Source of the DNA: Candidatus Poribacteria bacterium
Lineage (GTDB): Bacteria; Poribacteria; WGA-4E; WGA-3G
Direction: 5' to 3'
Assembly (NCBI GenBank): GCA_022821065.1
Contig: JAJEEK010000007.1
Location: 4,487 to 68,486 of the forward strand
Length of the DNA: 64,000 nt
Made by a program: the position numbers and the translations under genes
The notes under the pieces: model-generated
What the model was told of the DNA's origin: nothing
What the model saw: only the letters and a program-made list of their open reading frames with translations
Database searches by the model: none
Shown here: piece after piece, positions 45,309 to 55,412 of the stretch
How the letters are laid out: each line of letters opens with the position of its first letter
How positions within the stretch are numbered: position 1 is the first letter of the stretch

Positions 45309-45460
45309 AAGTGGTCGTTTTAAAACAGTCGCGCCTCCGTGTTCAAGTAATTGCGTGGTGTTGATTATACGATAGATGCATTTAGAAATCAATGTTTTTA
45401 AATTTGTCTTGTATACGCGACAGCGGTGTGGCATAATTAATAGTATATGTTTGCCTATAG

Positions 45461-45540
45461 CAGTTATCAGTTTCCAGTTAAGAGAGGTTATGTTATCCGA
45501 GTATCTCTTTTCTGGTTACTGGCCACTGGTTACTGGTTAC
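45461..45540. repeat. Heptamer-armed hairpin element (H3)
   Basis: cagttat cagtttc cagttaagagag ... ctcttttctggttactggccactggttactggttac. The core is the reverse complement of the H4 core. Confidence 0.8.
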
Positions 45541-45582
45541 TTCTGCCTGTTATGAACGTCCCGAAACCGAAAAGGTGAAAAT

Positions 45583-46341
45583 ATGGTTACCCGACAAGAC
45601 ATTCAAGCGACATGTGATGACATCGTCCGCGAGTTCTCACCTTTGCAGGTTGTTCTGTTCGGTTCTTATGCCTACGGCACGCCGACAGAATATTCCGATG
45701 TCGATTTGCTGGTCGTTATGCCGGTGCCGAAATCCGAAACCCGCCAGCAAGAGATAGAGATTCGGGAGCACCTCGCGCGTCCTTTCCGCCTGCATGTGAT
45801 CGTGCATTCGCCTGAAGACCTTGCATATCGCCTTGTGTATAACGACTGGTTTCTCCGAGAGATTACCGAAAAAGGCGAAGTGCTTTATGAAACCCCCAAT
45901 TTTTTCTTGAAACCCGTAAAAAAGGAAAAACGTGCGATGAATCCATTAACAGAGGAATGGGTGCAGAAGGCCGAAGGCGATTATACTGTCGCACAGCAAT
46001 CCGAGCAAGGACAGAATCCCGTAAATGATGTTATCTGCTTTCTGGCTCAACAGTGTGTTGAAAAATATCTAAAAGCGTGGCTTCAAGAAACAAACATCCC
46101 TTTCCCGAGGACCCACGATTTAAAAGAATTGTTGAATTTAATTGTTCCAACGATTCCTGCTTGGGATGCATGGCGGGAAGATTTTTCAAAGCTGTCGGAA
46201 CACGCGGTTGATCCCCGCTATCCTGGAAAGTTCGCGACTGCAGACGAGACAGCACACGCGATGCGGATCTGCAATGAGGTGCGGCAATCGGTTCGCAAGC
46301 AGTTGAAACTACCGATTGCACCAGAAGATGCGCTATCATAG
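45583..46341 (+). CDS. Fused minimal nucleotidyltransferase (MNT) plus HEPN domain protein
   Basis: NTase motif LFGSYAYGTPTEYSDVDLLVV. HEPN-like C-terminal half has AQQCVEKYLKAWL and PRTHDLKELL. Confidence 0.7.
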   Translation: MVTRQDIQATCDDIVREFSPLQVVLFGSYAYGTPTEYSDVDLLVVMPVPKSETRQQEIEIREHLARPFRLHVIVHSPEDLAYRLVYNDWFLREITEKGEVLYETPNFFLKPVKKEKRAMNPLTEEWVQKAEGDYTVAQQSEQGQNPVNDVICFLAQQCVEKYLKAWLQETNIPFPRTHDLKELLNLIVPTIPAWDAWREDFSKLSEHAVDPRYPGKFATADETAHAMRICNEVRQSVRKQLKLPIAPEDALS

Positions 46342-46354
46342 CCGGAAGCATACG

Positions 46355-47314
46355 CTATGCTGTTAAGGACAGGAACAACGCCTCCAGGGACACTTCAGTT
46401 GTGTGCATTTCGAGCAATCGCCAGCCATGTCCGACGACGGTTTCTGCTACCTCCGCCCGAATATCGGTTGTCGGTGTGTAGTGGACATGGAATTTTGTGG
46501 TGTCACCCGCATGAGTACCAGTCTGTTCAACCCGAATCACGTCTGGAATATCTGTGAGTACTGAGAATATATCGTCGGCTGGCGCGCCTGCGATCTCAAG
46601 CGATAAGGTTAAAGTTGCCACGGGTACGTTCTCCGTATCGCTTTTGTTTGATACGGCGCGACCGCCTTCCAATTGGACATCCCCCGTAATTTCGCCTCTA
46701 CTGATGACAATCAATCGTTCGCACGTCATACTCGCTTCTGGTAAGATATGCGTGCTGAACAAGATTGTACGTTCTTTGCCGAGCGTCTTGATTAATTCTC
46801 GGATTTCGACGATCTGCCGCGGGTCCAAGCCGGAGGTCGGTTCATCAAGAATTAAAACATCCGGCGCGTGGATGAGTGCTTGCGCCAAGCCGACGCGTTG
46901 CCGGAAACCGCGGGAGAGTTGCCCAATAATCTGGTGCCTGCGTTCCGTAAGTCCACACGCTTCAATAGCGTCGTCGAGATGACTTTTGATATTTCGGCGC
47001 GGCACACTACGGATTTTTGCCATGTACCTCAGATACTTTGTTACCGTCATCTCTGGATAGAGCGGTACGTTTTCTGGGAGATAGCCGATGTGTTTCCGTA
47101 CTTCTCTTGATTCTTTGAACACGTCGTATCCAGCGACGGTAACGCGTCCGCTACTTGCGGGCATAAAGCAGGTGAGGATCCGCATCGTCGTCGTTTTCCC
47201 AGCACCGTTGGGCCCGAGAAAACCGACGATTTGACCCTTGTCTACCTGAAAGGAGATGTTTTTGAGGGCTTGGAAAGGACCGTAGTTTTTTTTGATGTTT
47301 TGGACTTCTATCAT
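46355..47314 (-). CDS. ABC-2-type transporter ATP-binding protein
   Basis: GPNGAGKTTT, LSRGFRQRVGLAQAL, LILDEPTSGLD. Confidence 0.9.
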   Translation of the reverse strand: MIEVQNIKKNYGPFQALKNISFQVDKGQIVGFLGPNGAGKTTTMRILTCFMPASSGRVTVAGYDVFKESREVRKHIGYLPENVPLYPEMTVTKYLRYMAKIRSVPRRNIKSHLDDAIEACGLTERRHQIIGQLSRGFRQRVGLAQALIHAPDVLILDEPTSGLDPRQIVEIRELIKTLGKERTILFSTHILPEASMTCERLIVISRGEITGDVQLEGGRAVSNKSDTENVPVATLTLSLEIAGAPADDIFSVLTDIPDVIRVEQTGTHAGDTTKFHVHYTPTTDIRAEVAETVVGHGWRLLEMHTTEVSLEALFLSLTA

Positions 47315-47349
47315 TTTTTCTGCAGGTGCCTGCTATTATTGTGTGAGGT

Positions 47350-48249
47350 TCAATCGGCATCAGTAGTAGATTGTGAATTCCGCGGAATGCTGAAATTTAG
47401 ATCCCGGTCTCGACCTATCAGGTACGGATTATTATCGGGTTGAACCGCTTCCGATTCCGCAAAGGCTTCCGGTAGATCAACGGTTTCACAACGGACATCC
47501 ACCCGATCAGGATAGACAAAGACCTGTCGCCACATCATCGGGTAACAGATAATACCAGCGGAAACAATGCACAACATGCCTTGTTCCCGAAAAACGCGGT
47601 TCAGGTGAAGGTGTCCAGAAAAGAATGCCAAAATCTGTTGGTCAAATGGACCCGTAATTTCGAGGACTTCCGCTGAGTTAGCAACTCTCGAACCGACACC
47701 TTGAAACTCAACATTTGGAAAAGGGAGCTGGTGCGAAAAGATAAAGACCTCTTGGTCGTAATCGCGGGCTCTTTTCAATTCACGCTCAGCCCACGCCAAC
47801 TGATTTGTACTGATATACCCGTGCGTCAGGTCTTCCGGGACCTCCTGGGCATCGAGAAGGATGAACCGAATATTTTCATGCACGAAGCTAACGGAACCCA
47901 TGCCGTTGATACCGAAGTGTGCTAAGTAGGCATCTTTAGACCCAGTTTCCGGATGTAGATCGTGGTTGCCGGGGATGTAATAGCAGGGGGCATTTATCCT
48001 TTCACCGAGTGCTTGTGCCGTATCAAGTGCTGCTTCGTATTCTTCGGCGGACATTTCAAAACTGTTACCACCACACACAATGTCTCCGCCGTGAATGACA
48101 AAAGCTGGCTCAAAAGCGTTCAATTGTTCAACTAACTTTTCATAGAGTGCGACGCTGTTTTTTTGCTGTTGTAGTCCACCGACAAAATTCCTCGGGGCAT
48201 TCGGGTAAAGATGTGTGTCCGTGATGAATGCAAATTTAAAGAGTGTCAT
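47350..48249 (-). CDS. Metallophosphoesterase
   Basis: FITDTHL, HGGDI, PGNHD and GHLH motifs. Start is ATG 48249; the track extension runs through a hairpin repeat. Confidence 0.8.
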   Translation of the reverse strand: MTLFKFAFITDTHLYPNAPRNFVGGLQQQKNSVALYEKLVEQLNAFEPAFVIHGGDIVCGGNSFEMSAEEYEAALDTAQALGERINAPCYYIPGNHDLHPETGSKDAYLAHFGINGMGSVSFVHENIRFILLDAQEVPEDLTHGYISTNQLAWAERELKRARDYDQEVFIFSHQLPFPNVEFQGVGSRVANSAEVLEITGPFDQQILAFFSGHLHLNRVFREQGMLCIVSAGIICYPMMWRQVFVYPDRVDVRCETVDLPEAFAESEAVQPDNNPYLIGRDRDLNFSIPRNSQSTTDAD

Positions 48250-48286
48250 GGTATATCTCGCTTTCGGTGAGGCTCCGAATTGGACT

Positions 48287-48339
48287 TTGACCAACAACTC
48301 GACTCCGTTATAAATGTTAAGGCACGAGTTGTTGGTCAA
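48287..48339. repeat. 15-bp-stem hairpin ttgaccaacaactcg...cgagttgttggtcaa (family copy b)
   Basis: Perfect inverted repeat. The loop actccgttataaatgttaaggca approximates the reverse complement of the loop at 17126-17148. Confidence 0.85.
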
Positions 48340-48403
48340 AAAAATGTCCTTAACGGGCAAGTTTCTAGCCTCACCAATAACGCGCCAACCGAGACTATGA
48401 AAA

Positions 48404-49147
48404 TCAGGTATGTATACGTTTGGTTAAAATTGCAACATAAGTCGGTGTATCGGCTGCGTCAATATAGCGTTCAACCCGCCACGCTGTCCCGTCAAGAATG
48501 TCTTCCATCTCCGTCTTTGAAACAAACAAGTAATCAAACCACGGTGTAATATATTGTCGATAACGGATTCGCAGTCGGAGTTGACCACTCATGCGTCCGC
48601 GATCTCGATTTGATTGATGATATGCTAAGTGACAAGAATCCTCTGTTTGATAAGGATTAAGCGTTTCGGCGATGATTTTCGCAGGGTCTGTTGTCATAGC
48701 AGCGAAGCGTCTCAATAGCCACTTCGCCCTTTTGTAACTTCCGACGAGTCCGAAGTTGTGTCCCATCATTAAAATTGTGCCAAAAATGCCAATCTTAGAA
48801 CTCGCTTGCGTGACAGGCATAACAAACGCATTTTCGAGTCCCCGGCGTTGACACGTCTGAATCGCCAAGGGTGATATGTCCGTTCCTAAAACATCGTGTC
48901 CCTGTTTCTGAAGATAAATAGCGTGTCGTCCTGCACCACATCCGATATCTAAAACACGTCCTTCGGTGTGTTTGATTGCGAGTCTTTGGTGTTCGGCCCA
49001 ATCCTCATATTCAGCGAAGTAGTTCCGAGGGCCCAGACGACTCGTATCAATGAAGCCGTCTTCTCTCTCCACAATTTCGACGTTTTCTCGACCCTTATGA
49101 TAATCTGAAAGCAGATGCCCATACGCATCTTGAGTGTCGTTTAGCAT
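48404..49147 (-). CDS. Class I SAM-dependent methyltransferase
   Basis: VLDIGCGAGRHAIYL motif I. Start ATG 49147 lies 1 nt after the sulfatase stop codon. Confidence 0.8.
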   Translation of the reverse strand: MLNDTQDAYGHLLSDYHKGRENVEIVEREDGFIDTSRLGPRNYFAEYEDWAEHQRLAIKHTEGRVLDIGCGAGRHAIYLQKQGHDVLGTDISPLAIQTCQRRGLENAFVMPVTQASSKIGIFGTILMMGHNFGLVGSYKRAKWLLRRFAAMTTDPAKIIAETLNPYQTEDSCHLAYHQSNRDRGRMSGQLRLRIRYRQYITPWFDYLFVSKTEMEDILDGTAWRVERYIDAADTPTYVAILTKRIHT

Positions 49148-49148
49148 T

Positions 49149-50501
49149 TTAAGAATCCTTGACGTAGCCTGTCGTGCCGTTCGGATTGACCCATTCGGTT
49201 TCCCAGTGTGTCTCAATACCTTCGCGCCATGTCTGTGCCGCCTCTGTCAACTCAGCAGTGATGTCCGGGTGCGCGTCCTTCAGGTTCTGTGTTTCGCCCA
49301 TATCGGTTTCGAGATTCGCGAGATGTACATCGTCTTCCGGGGGCGCACCCTCTATCAATTGACCGTTAAGGACCAACTTCCAATTGTCACGACGCACAGC
49401 AGTCTGTTTACCCATCTCCCAATAGATTTCGCTGTGTGGCGTCGGCTCACCCTTTGCGACCATCGGTAGGACATTGAGTCCATCGAGTTCGTATTCGGAT
49501 GGATTGCCACCGGCTGCGGCAAGGAATGTTGGGAATACATCCATCGCTGCGCCAACTTCACCGATGACCTGTTCTGCTGGAATCTGTTCGGGCCAGTGCA
49601 TGATACCGGGTGAACGGATGCCACCTTCATAGAGACTGAATTTATGCCCCTTCAATTTTCCAGCGGTACCACCGTAATACGGGTCTTGACTGCCGTCTAA
49701 CCAGTTCCGTGTTTCACGCGAGGGACCGTTGTCGCTCTGAAAATAAGAGAACGTATTCTCTGCGAGTCCGAGCCGCTCTAATTCTGCGAAAATTTCGCCG
49801 ACGCTGTCGTCAACTGCGCTGAGCATCGCAGCCATGATTTGCCGGTCCCATGGTAAGTTCGGGAATCGGTCAACGTATTTTTGCGGTGCATGCATCGGAT
49901 AGTGCGGCGCATTGTAAGGCACATAAAGGAAAAAAGGCTTGCCGAGTTCGACAGACTTACGGATATACCGAATAGCGTATTCCGTAATGAGTTCCGTGAA
50001 GTACTCACCGTTTCGGTAGATTTCCACGCCGTTTTCCCAGAGATCGTGTGTCTGATCGATCCCGCGTTGTGCCATACCCCAATAAAAAATATGCGAAAAG
50101 AAGTCGATACAACCTGCCATGAAGCCGAACCAATCGTCGAACCCGTGGTGTTCAGGACGTGAACCTTCCGCGAGCCCCAAGTGCCATTTCCCGGACATTG
50201 CAGTGTAGTAACCGCGTTCCTTCAGCACTGTTGCGAGCGTAGGAACAGAGGGCGGCAGCCCTGTAGCAGTGCGATGCCCGGCTAAAATTGATCGGACTCC
50301 GGCGTGACACGGATATCGCCCTGTCAACAAAGCTGCGCGTGAAGGTGAGCAGACCGGTGAGTTCGAGTACCAATCTGTGAAACGGGCACCTTCGGCTGCC
50401 ATCCTATCGAGATGTGGCGTTTTGAAGTCGGTCGCGCCCATACAAGACAGATCGCCGTATCCTTGGTCGTCCGTTAGAAAAACTATAAAATTAGGTTGCA
50501 T
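49149..50501 (-). CDS. Arylsulfatase (formylglycine-dependent)
   Basis: FLTDDQGYGD and the CSPSRAALLTGR sulfatase signature. Confidence 0.9.
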   Translation of the reverse strand: MQPNFIVFLTDDQGYGDLSCMGATDFKTPHLDRMAAEGARFTDWYSNSPVCSPSRAALLTGRYPCHAGVRSILAGHRTATGLPPSVPTLATVLKERGYYTAMSGKWHLGLAEGSRPEHHGFDDWFGFMAGCIDFFSHIFYWGMAQRGIDQTHDLWENGVEIYRNGEYFTELITEYAIRYIRKSVELGKPFFLYVPYNAPHYPMHAPQKYVDRFPNLPWDRQIMAAMLSAVDDSVGEIFAELERLGLAENTFSYFQSDNGPSRETRNWLDGSQDPYYGGTAGKLKGHKFSLYEGGIRSPGIMHWPEQIPAEQVIGEVGAAMDVFPTFLAAAGGNPSEYELDGLNVLPMVAKGEPTPHSEIYWEMGKQTAVRRDNWKLVLNGQLIEGAPPEDDVHLANLETDMGETQNLKDAHPDITAELTEAAQTWREGIETHWETEWVNPNGTTGYVKDS

Positions 50502-50521
50502 AGTTCTACTGCTCCATTGTG

Positions 50522-52060
50522 TTACTTTTTCCAGAAACTCCTATCTAAACTCCGATATTGTATGGCTTCAGAGACATGCACCGCCTCAATATTCGAGTTT
50601 TGATCAAGGTCTGCGATGGTGCGTGCGACCTTCAAAATCCGGTCATAGGCACGCGCGCTCAATCCTAATTGGTTAATTGCAACCCGGAGTAGATCTTGAG
50701 CTTGGTCGTCAACTTTGCAATATTCTCGTATCTGCTTCGATTCCATACTGGCGTTAGCGTGTATGTTTGTGCCTGCGAAACGTTCGTGCTGGATTTGGCG
50801 TGCTGCTTCGACGCGGTCTTGGACCTCCACCGACGGTTCGCCGGTTGTATCAGCAGCGAGTTCCGAGTATTTTACCGCTGGCACCTCTACTTGGATGTCG
50901 ATTCTGTCTAACAGGGGACCAGAGATACGGGAGACATAACTCTGAATCTGGTTCGGCGTACATTTACAGTCTCGGTTCGGGTCGCTGAAGAATCCGCACG
51001 GACATGGGTTCATTGCCGCGACGAGCATGAAATTTGCCGGATAGGTGAGCGATGCCGCTGCACGCGAGATCGTTACCTGCCGATCCTCAAGCGGTTGCCG
51101 CATGACTTCAAGGACGTTTCGCCTGAATTCTGGGAGTTCGTCTAAGAACAGGACACCGTTATGCGCGAGACTTACCTCACCGGGACGCGGTACGTTCCCG
51201 CCGCCAATTAAACCTGCGTCTGAAATAGTGTGATGCGGTGAGCGATACGGACGTGTCACAACCAGAGGGGTATCACTGGGCAGTACCCCGGTGATACTCT
51301 GGATCTTCGTCGTTTCTAAGGATTCTCCGATTGAGAGTTTCGGAAGGATAGAGGGAATCCGCTTTGCGATCATCGTCTTACCGGAACCCGGCGGTCCAAT
51401 CATAATCAGGTTATGCGCGCCTGCAGCGGCAACCTCAACAGCGCGTTTGACATGTTCTTGCCCCTTCACATCAAGCAGGTCGATATGCATTTCTGCACGG
51501 GCGGTATGTGGGTCGGTGTCAAGCGTGTGCGGCTCTGGTGTTATCTCTTTTTCGGAATTCAGGAGTGCCGTCGCGTCCGATAAACTGGCGACAGGATAGA
51601 CGTTCACACCTTCTACGATTGCCGCTTCTTTCGCATTTTCGGCGGGTAAAATGAGATCCTTTATCCCGTTATCTTTGGCAGTAATGGCTATTGGAAGCGC
51701 GCCTTGTATGCCTCGAATGTTACCGTCAAGTGCCAGTTCACCCAAAACGATAGCGTTTTCGAGCCTGGCGAGATTTACCTGATTGGTAGCTGCCATGATA
51801 CCGATTGCAATCGGAAGGTCAAAGGCAGAACCTGTTTTTCGAATATCCGCAGGCGCAAGGTTCACCGTGACGCGGGTCTGTGGGAAGTAGAAACCGGAGT
51901 TTTTAATGGCTGCGGTGACGCGGTCTCTGCTTTCTTTGATAGCACTATCGGGTAAGCCAACGGTGGTGAAGTAAGGAAGTCCACCTGCGACATCTACTTC
52001 AACTTTTACGATATAGGCATCAATTCCCAGCAAGGCACTGCTAAGGACTGTTGCGAGCAT
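50522..52060 (-). CDS. YifB/ComM-family Mg-chelatase-like AAA+ ATPase
   Basis: [16 protein letters not shown], Walker [19 protein letters not shown]. Confidence 0.9.
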   Translation of the reverse strand: MLATVLSSALLGIDAYIVKVEVDVAGGLPYFTTVGLPDSAIKESRDRVTAAIKNSGFYFPQTRVTVNLAPADIRKTGSAFDLPIAIGIMAATNQVNLARLENAIVLGELALDGNIRGIQGALPIAITAKDNGIKDLILPAENAKEAAIVEGVNVYPVASLSDATALLNSEKEITPEPHTLDTDPHTARAEMHIDLLDVKGQEHVKRAVEVAAAGAHNLIMIGPPGSGKTMIAKRIPSILPKLSIGESLETTKIQSITGVLPSDTPLVVTRPYRSPHHTISDAGLIGGGNVPRPGEVSLAHNGVLFLDELPEFRRNVLEVMRQPLEDRQVTISRAAASLTYPANFMLVAAMNPCPCGFFSDPNRDCKCTPNQIQSYVSRISGPLLDRIDIQVEVPAVKYSELAADTTGEPSVEVQDRVEAARQIQHERFAGTNIHANASMESKQIREYCKVDDQAQDLLRVAINQLGLSARAYDRILKVARTIADLDQNSNIEAVHVSEAIQYRSLDRSFWKK

Positions 52061-52246
52061 ACGGATATTTCCTTCCAAATTGCGTTATTTTTTAAATTTT
52101 TCTGGCTCGTGGTATCGTGGAATATATAGTGTATGTCTGCGAATCTTTCATGTTATCATATCACAGACGGTATTAACCGGTCAACGTTTTTCCGATTGCC
52201 GGGATCAGGAATCAGTTTCTATGAGCAGGCATCTCCAGACGAACGG

Positions 52247-53272
52247 TTATGGCGAACTGATGTCGCCTGTAAGTCTATGTAACATTTGTAACTGTCTTTG
52301 GTTAGCGACGACTAATATAGCATCTCCAGCTTGAAGTCTTTTATCACTCGGTGGATTATAGAGAAATGCGCCGTCGTTGTCACGGATGGCGATGATAACC
52401 AATCCAGTCTGCTCTTGGATACTTGCGGCTTTGAGAGAAATCCCGTCGAGTTGGGAATCCCGTCGAACAATAGATTCCGCGAAATGGGTGTCGTCAAGAT
52501 TTTGGGTAATACTTTGTAAGAACTCTACAAGGTGTGGGTAGAGGATACTGGAGGCGAGGCGGATGCCACCGATATGATCTGGCAGTACGACTTCATCTGC
52601 ACCGGCGGTGATAAGCTTGCCCGGTGAGTTGTCTTCAACGGCTTTAGAGGCTATTTTTAAATGTGGGTTGAGTTTTCGGGCGGAGATGACGACAAACAGG
52701 TTATCTTGGTCACGACTGAGGCATGTAATAAGCCCGCGCGCCCGTGTAATACCCGCACGAATCAGGAGCTCATCATCGGTCGCGTCGCCTTGGAGGTACG
52801 AAAAATTCCGTGTATCCGTCAGTTGCGTCAGTCGTTCTTCCTCGAATTCGATACCCACGAATTCTACATCTGCCTTCAGCATTTCGTCAAGCACATGTAC
52901 GCCGGTATCGCCGAGTCCGCAAATGATATAGTGATCTGATAATTTGTCAACAGTTCGGATCATTTTTTGTTGTCGGAAAAAACTTTGGAGTTGTCCTTCA
53001 ATAAGGTACGCTGTCGCGATTGTGATACTGTAGGTGAACACACCGAACCCACCAATGAGCAGAAATAAGGTGAAAATACGCCCTTCATCGCTCATATCCA
53101 TGTTGCTGTAACCAACCGTTGTTAAGGTAATTACAGTCATATAGATCGCGTCAAGAAGTTGCCATTCGCCTTGCGGATTATCTTGTTCGAGCAGTAAATA
53201 ACCGACGGTTCCGATCACAAGCAAGCCTGCAAGCATCGCTAAAGCGATTGTAATCTTGTTTTGGTAGTTCAT
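52247..53272 (-). CDS. Potassium-channel family protein with RCK/TrkA-N and TrkA-C domains
   Basis: Two TM helices flank the pore TLTTVGYSN. The filter reads GYS rather than GYG. ICGLGDTGVH Rossmann motif. Confidence 0.8.
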   Translation of the reverse strand: MNYQNKITIALAMLAGLLVIGTVGYLLLEQDNPQGEWQLLDAIYMTVITLTTVGYSNMDMSDEGRIFTLFLLIGGFGVFTYSITIATAYLIEGQLQSFFRQQKMIRTVDKLSDHYIICGLGDTGVHVLDEMLKADVEFVGIEFEEERLTQLTDTRNFSYLQGDATDDELLIRAGITRARGLITCLSRDQDNLFVVISARKLNPHLKIASKAVEDNSPGKLITAGADEVVLPDHIGGIRLASSILYPHLVEFLQSITQNLDDTHFAESIVRRDSQLDGISLKAASIQEQTGLVIIAIRDNDGAFLYNPPSDKRLQAGDAILVVANQRQLQMLHRLTGDISSP

Positions 53273-53332
53273 TCTCCCATTTCACGATGGTGCTAAGGGC
53301 ACCGCCCGGAACATTTTATTAATATTCCGATT

Positions 53333-54433
53333 TTAATTTCGCTTTTTAGCGAGACGTTTGACAACTGGATTTGGATCGTGTCGTGCGATGTCGAAAAGGT
53401 CTTGATACTCGATTCTATCAAGTGTCGGTAGAAGCTTTGCGACTTCCGTACGGACACACGCTGCAGGGTCTTTAAGCCCGCGTTCAAACCAGCGTTCGCG
53501 GTCATCTAAAGTGTGTTTAGCAAGTGCCGCGAGTGCGCCCGCGCGGATACGTCTGTTTTTAGATTCGGCGTATCGTAGAATTGGGGCGATGTACCCGTCA
53601 TCACAGCGGCACATAATTCGCAAAGCATTACATACGACATCCACCGATGCGTCTTCAAGATGCAGCACACACCAATCAAATAATTCTTCAGTTCCGAGTT
53701 TTTCAAGAGAACGGAGGCCTCGCATCCGTCGTTTCGGATTTTCGTCGGACAGGTCTGCTATTGCCTTGTCGTAAGATGTATCAACTTTCGACTGCTGAAG
53801 TGGTTCCTCTTGCGTCTCAAGGCATATACGGACCGCAATCGTATCATTCTGAAGGTGTTGAATAGGGGATCTTTCAGGATTCAACGGAATTTTGTCAAAG
53901 AATGCTGGTAGCCACTGCTTACCTTTTTCAAAAAATTCGTGCCGATCAATACGGTTGCCGGTACCCGATTTCATTCGGTTATTCATCCAGTGCGCTAACC
54001 TCACAATGCCCCAGTGATTTCGACTTACACCGTTGTTGGGGTAGAGTCCTAATTGACGGTTTACCCATTTCGCTAATGCGACTGGACAGGCTAACAGCTC
54101 GAAGGAATTAGACTGCAGGAGTTGAACCCGAAACCGTTCATTGATAGCGACGATGCCACTCTGGGCTTGAATTTTACCGTTACCGAGGGATGTGCGAAGT
54201 TCTTCAATCTCTAACTCGGTTTTTAGGACAATAGGTTTATCGCGCTTTCGACGCGCCTTTTGTTCGGCGCGGTTTTTCGCATAATTCCACTCGGTCGTGA
54301 ACCAGACGGCTCCGCCGCGTGGACGAAACCCCTTTTCAATTATACCTCGCGCGTTGCTTAACGTCGTGCCGTGATAGAATTCCATAAATGGTTCTCCCGA
54401 AAAGTTTAATGGAGTTAATCCCATTTGTGGCAA
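53333..54433 (-). CDS. Hypothetical protein with N-terminal H-Y-E ADP-ribosyltransferase-like segment (tentative) and C-terminal HEAT repeats
   Basis: FYHGTTLSNARGIIEKGFRP and GGAVWFTTEWNYA resemble ART/PARP motifs 1 and 2. The C-terminus has HEAT/PBS-lyase-type units (NPKRRMRGLRSL, NRRIRAGALAAL, DPNPVVKRLA). The start codon is uncertain. Confidence 0.5.
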   Translation of the reverse strand: MPQMGLTPLNFSGEPFMEFYHGTTLSNARGIIEKGFRPRGGAVWFTTEWNYAKNRAEQKARRKRDKPIVLKTELEIEELRTSLGNGKIQAQSGIVAINERFRVQLLQSNSFELLACPVALAKWVNRQLGLYPNNGVSRNHWGIVRLAHWMNNRMKSGTGNRIDRHEFFEKGKQWLPAFFDKIPLNPERSPIQHLQNDTIAVRICLETQEEPLQQSKVDTSYDKAIADLSDENPKRRMRGLRSLEKLGTEELFDWCVLHLEDASVDVVCNALRIMCRCDDGYIAPILRYAESKNRRIRAGALAALAKHTLDDRERWFERGLKDPAACVRTEVAKLLPTLDRIEYQDLFDIARHDPNPVVKRLAKKRN

Positions 54434-54468
54434 CTAATTCATAAAAATCGGCGGCGTTCAAATTTGTT

Positions 54469-54588
54469 AAGACTTACGCATGCGGCGCTTTATGTCCCGC
54501 AAACTGTTAATTTGTAACACAAAAACGCTGGATTGGACGAAAACTTTCATCTAACAGAACGGGTTACATCCAGAATTGCGTAAGTCCT
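54469..54588. repeat. MITE-like 120-bp element, copy 3
   Basis: aagacttacgca...tgcgtaagtcct. The right end overlaps the TAG stop of the DUF1844 gene on the minus strand. Confidence 0.8.
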
Positions 54589-54952
54589 ATTCATCTGGTA
54601 CTACAGTTTCTTCGGTTGGCATTTCTGCCGCAACCGGATCGGCTGTGCTCTCTGCTTGGACTGCCTCCTGACTATTAATGGCACGCACGTAGCCCATTCT
54701 CAATTCATAGAGCGTGTTCGCCAGAAAATTGGTTTCCGGCGCGGTGAGATTACCCTTCGTCTTTTCTTCGAGCATCTCAATCGTATCAATAATATGTTTC
54801 ACAATCGGGAGGTTTATAACGACTTCCTCTGTTTCAGGGTTAGGTACCCCTTGTAAATAGAGTTGTCCAGTTTCTACGAGATTCATAAGATAGCTAATAA
54901 AATCAACGGATGGAAGTTGTTGGGCTTCCTCATGCGTCGTCGTTTCTGCCAT
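54587..54952 (-). CDS. DUF1844-like small acidic protein
   Basis: FISYLMNLVETGQLYLQG...IIDTIEMLEEKTKGNLT..E..FL...LYELRMGY matches the DUF1844 pattern. Confidence 0.65.
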   Translation of the reverse strand: MAETTTHEEAQQLPSVDFISYLMNLVETGQLYLQGVPNPETEEVVINLPIVKHIIDTIEMLEEKTKGNLTAPETNFLANTLYELRMGYVRAINSQEAVQAESTADPVAAEMPTEETVVPDE

Positions 54953-55020
54953 ATATCGCTCCTGATTCCGATTTGCCTGATATATATAATACAGTGTCTA
55001 TTGTTATGCGAAAGGTTGGA

Positions 55021-55398
55021 CTACTCATCGTCAAAGATGATGATTTGTGCAAGTAAGCTGCCTGCTTGATTGTTGTTGCTTGGGTGTTCGTTCATAGCAA
55101 GAAAGATAACACCGTCGGCAGGTGCTGGGTTATCATAACGCGATCCGACAGCGAAAACAGTGCTTCCGATCTTGGCGATGAGCGCGCCAATATTAGTACC
55201 GGGAAGCAGGTAGCCATCGGAACCTGGAGTTTGCGGGATGCCGTCAGCACCGCACCATCCAGTTCGATTCTTCAAATCTGGGGACCAAGCACCTTCTCCA
55301 TCAATAACGAGTCGTTGTCCTTTTTTCACACGTACGTAACTCTCTTGCCAAACGGGACTCGGACGAGCCGTGCGGATAACAGTTAATGCCATATACAT
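55021..55398 (-). CDS. PA-IL (LecA)-like lectin-domain protein
   Basis: GALIAKIGS and NNNQAGS align with PA-IL GALVMKIGN and YGNNSGS. The size (125 aa) matches. Confidence 0.55.
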   Translation of the reverse strand: MYMALTVIRTARPSPVWQESYVRVKKGQRLVIDGEGAWSPDLKNRTGWCGADGIPQTPGSDGYLLPGTNIGALIAKIGSTVFAVGSRYDNPAPADGVIFLAMNEHPSNNNQAGSLLAQIIIFDDE

Positions 55399-55412
55399 TC
55401 CTCCATTTTAGT

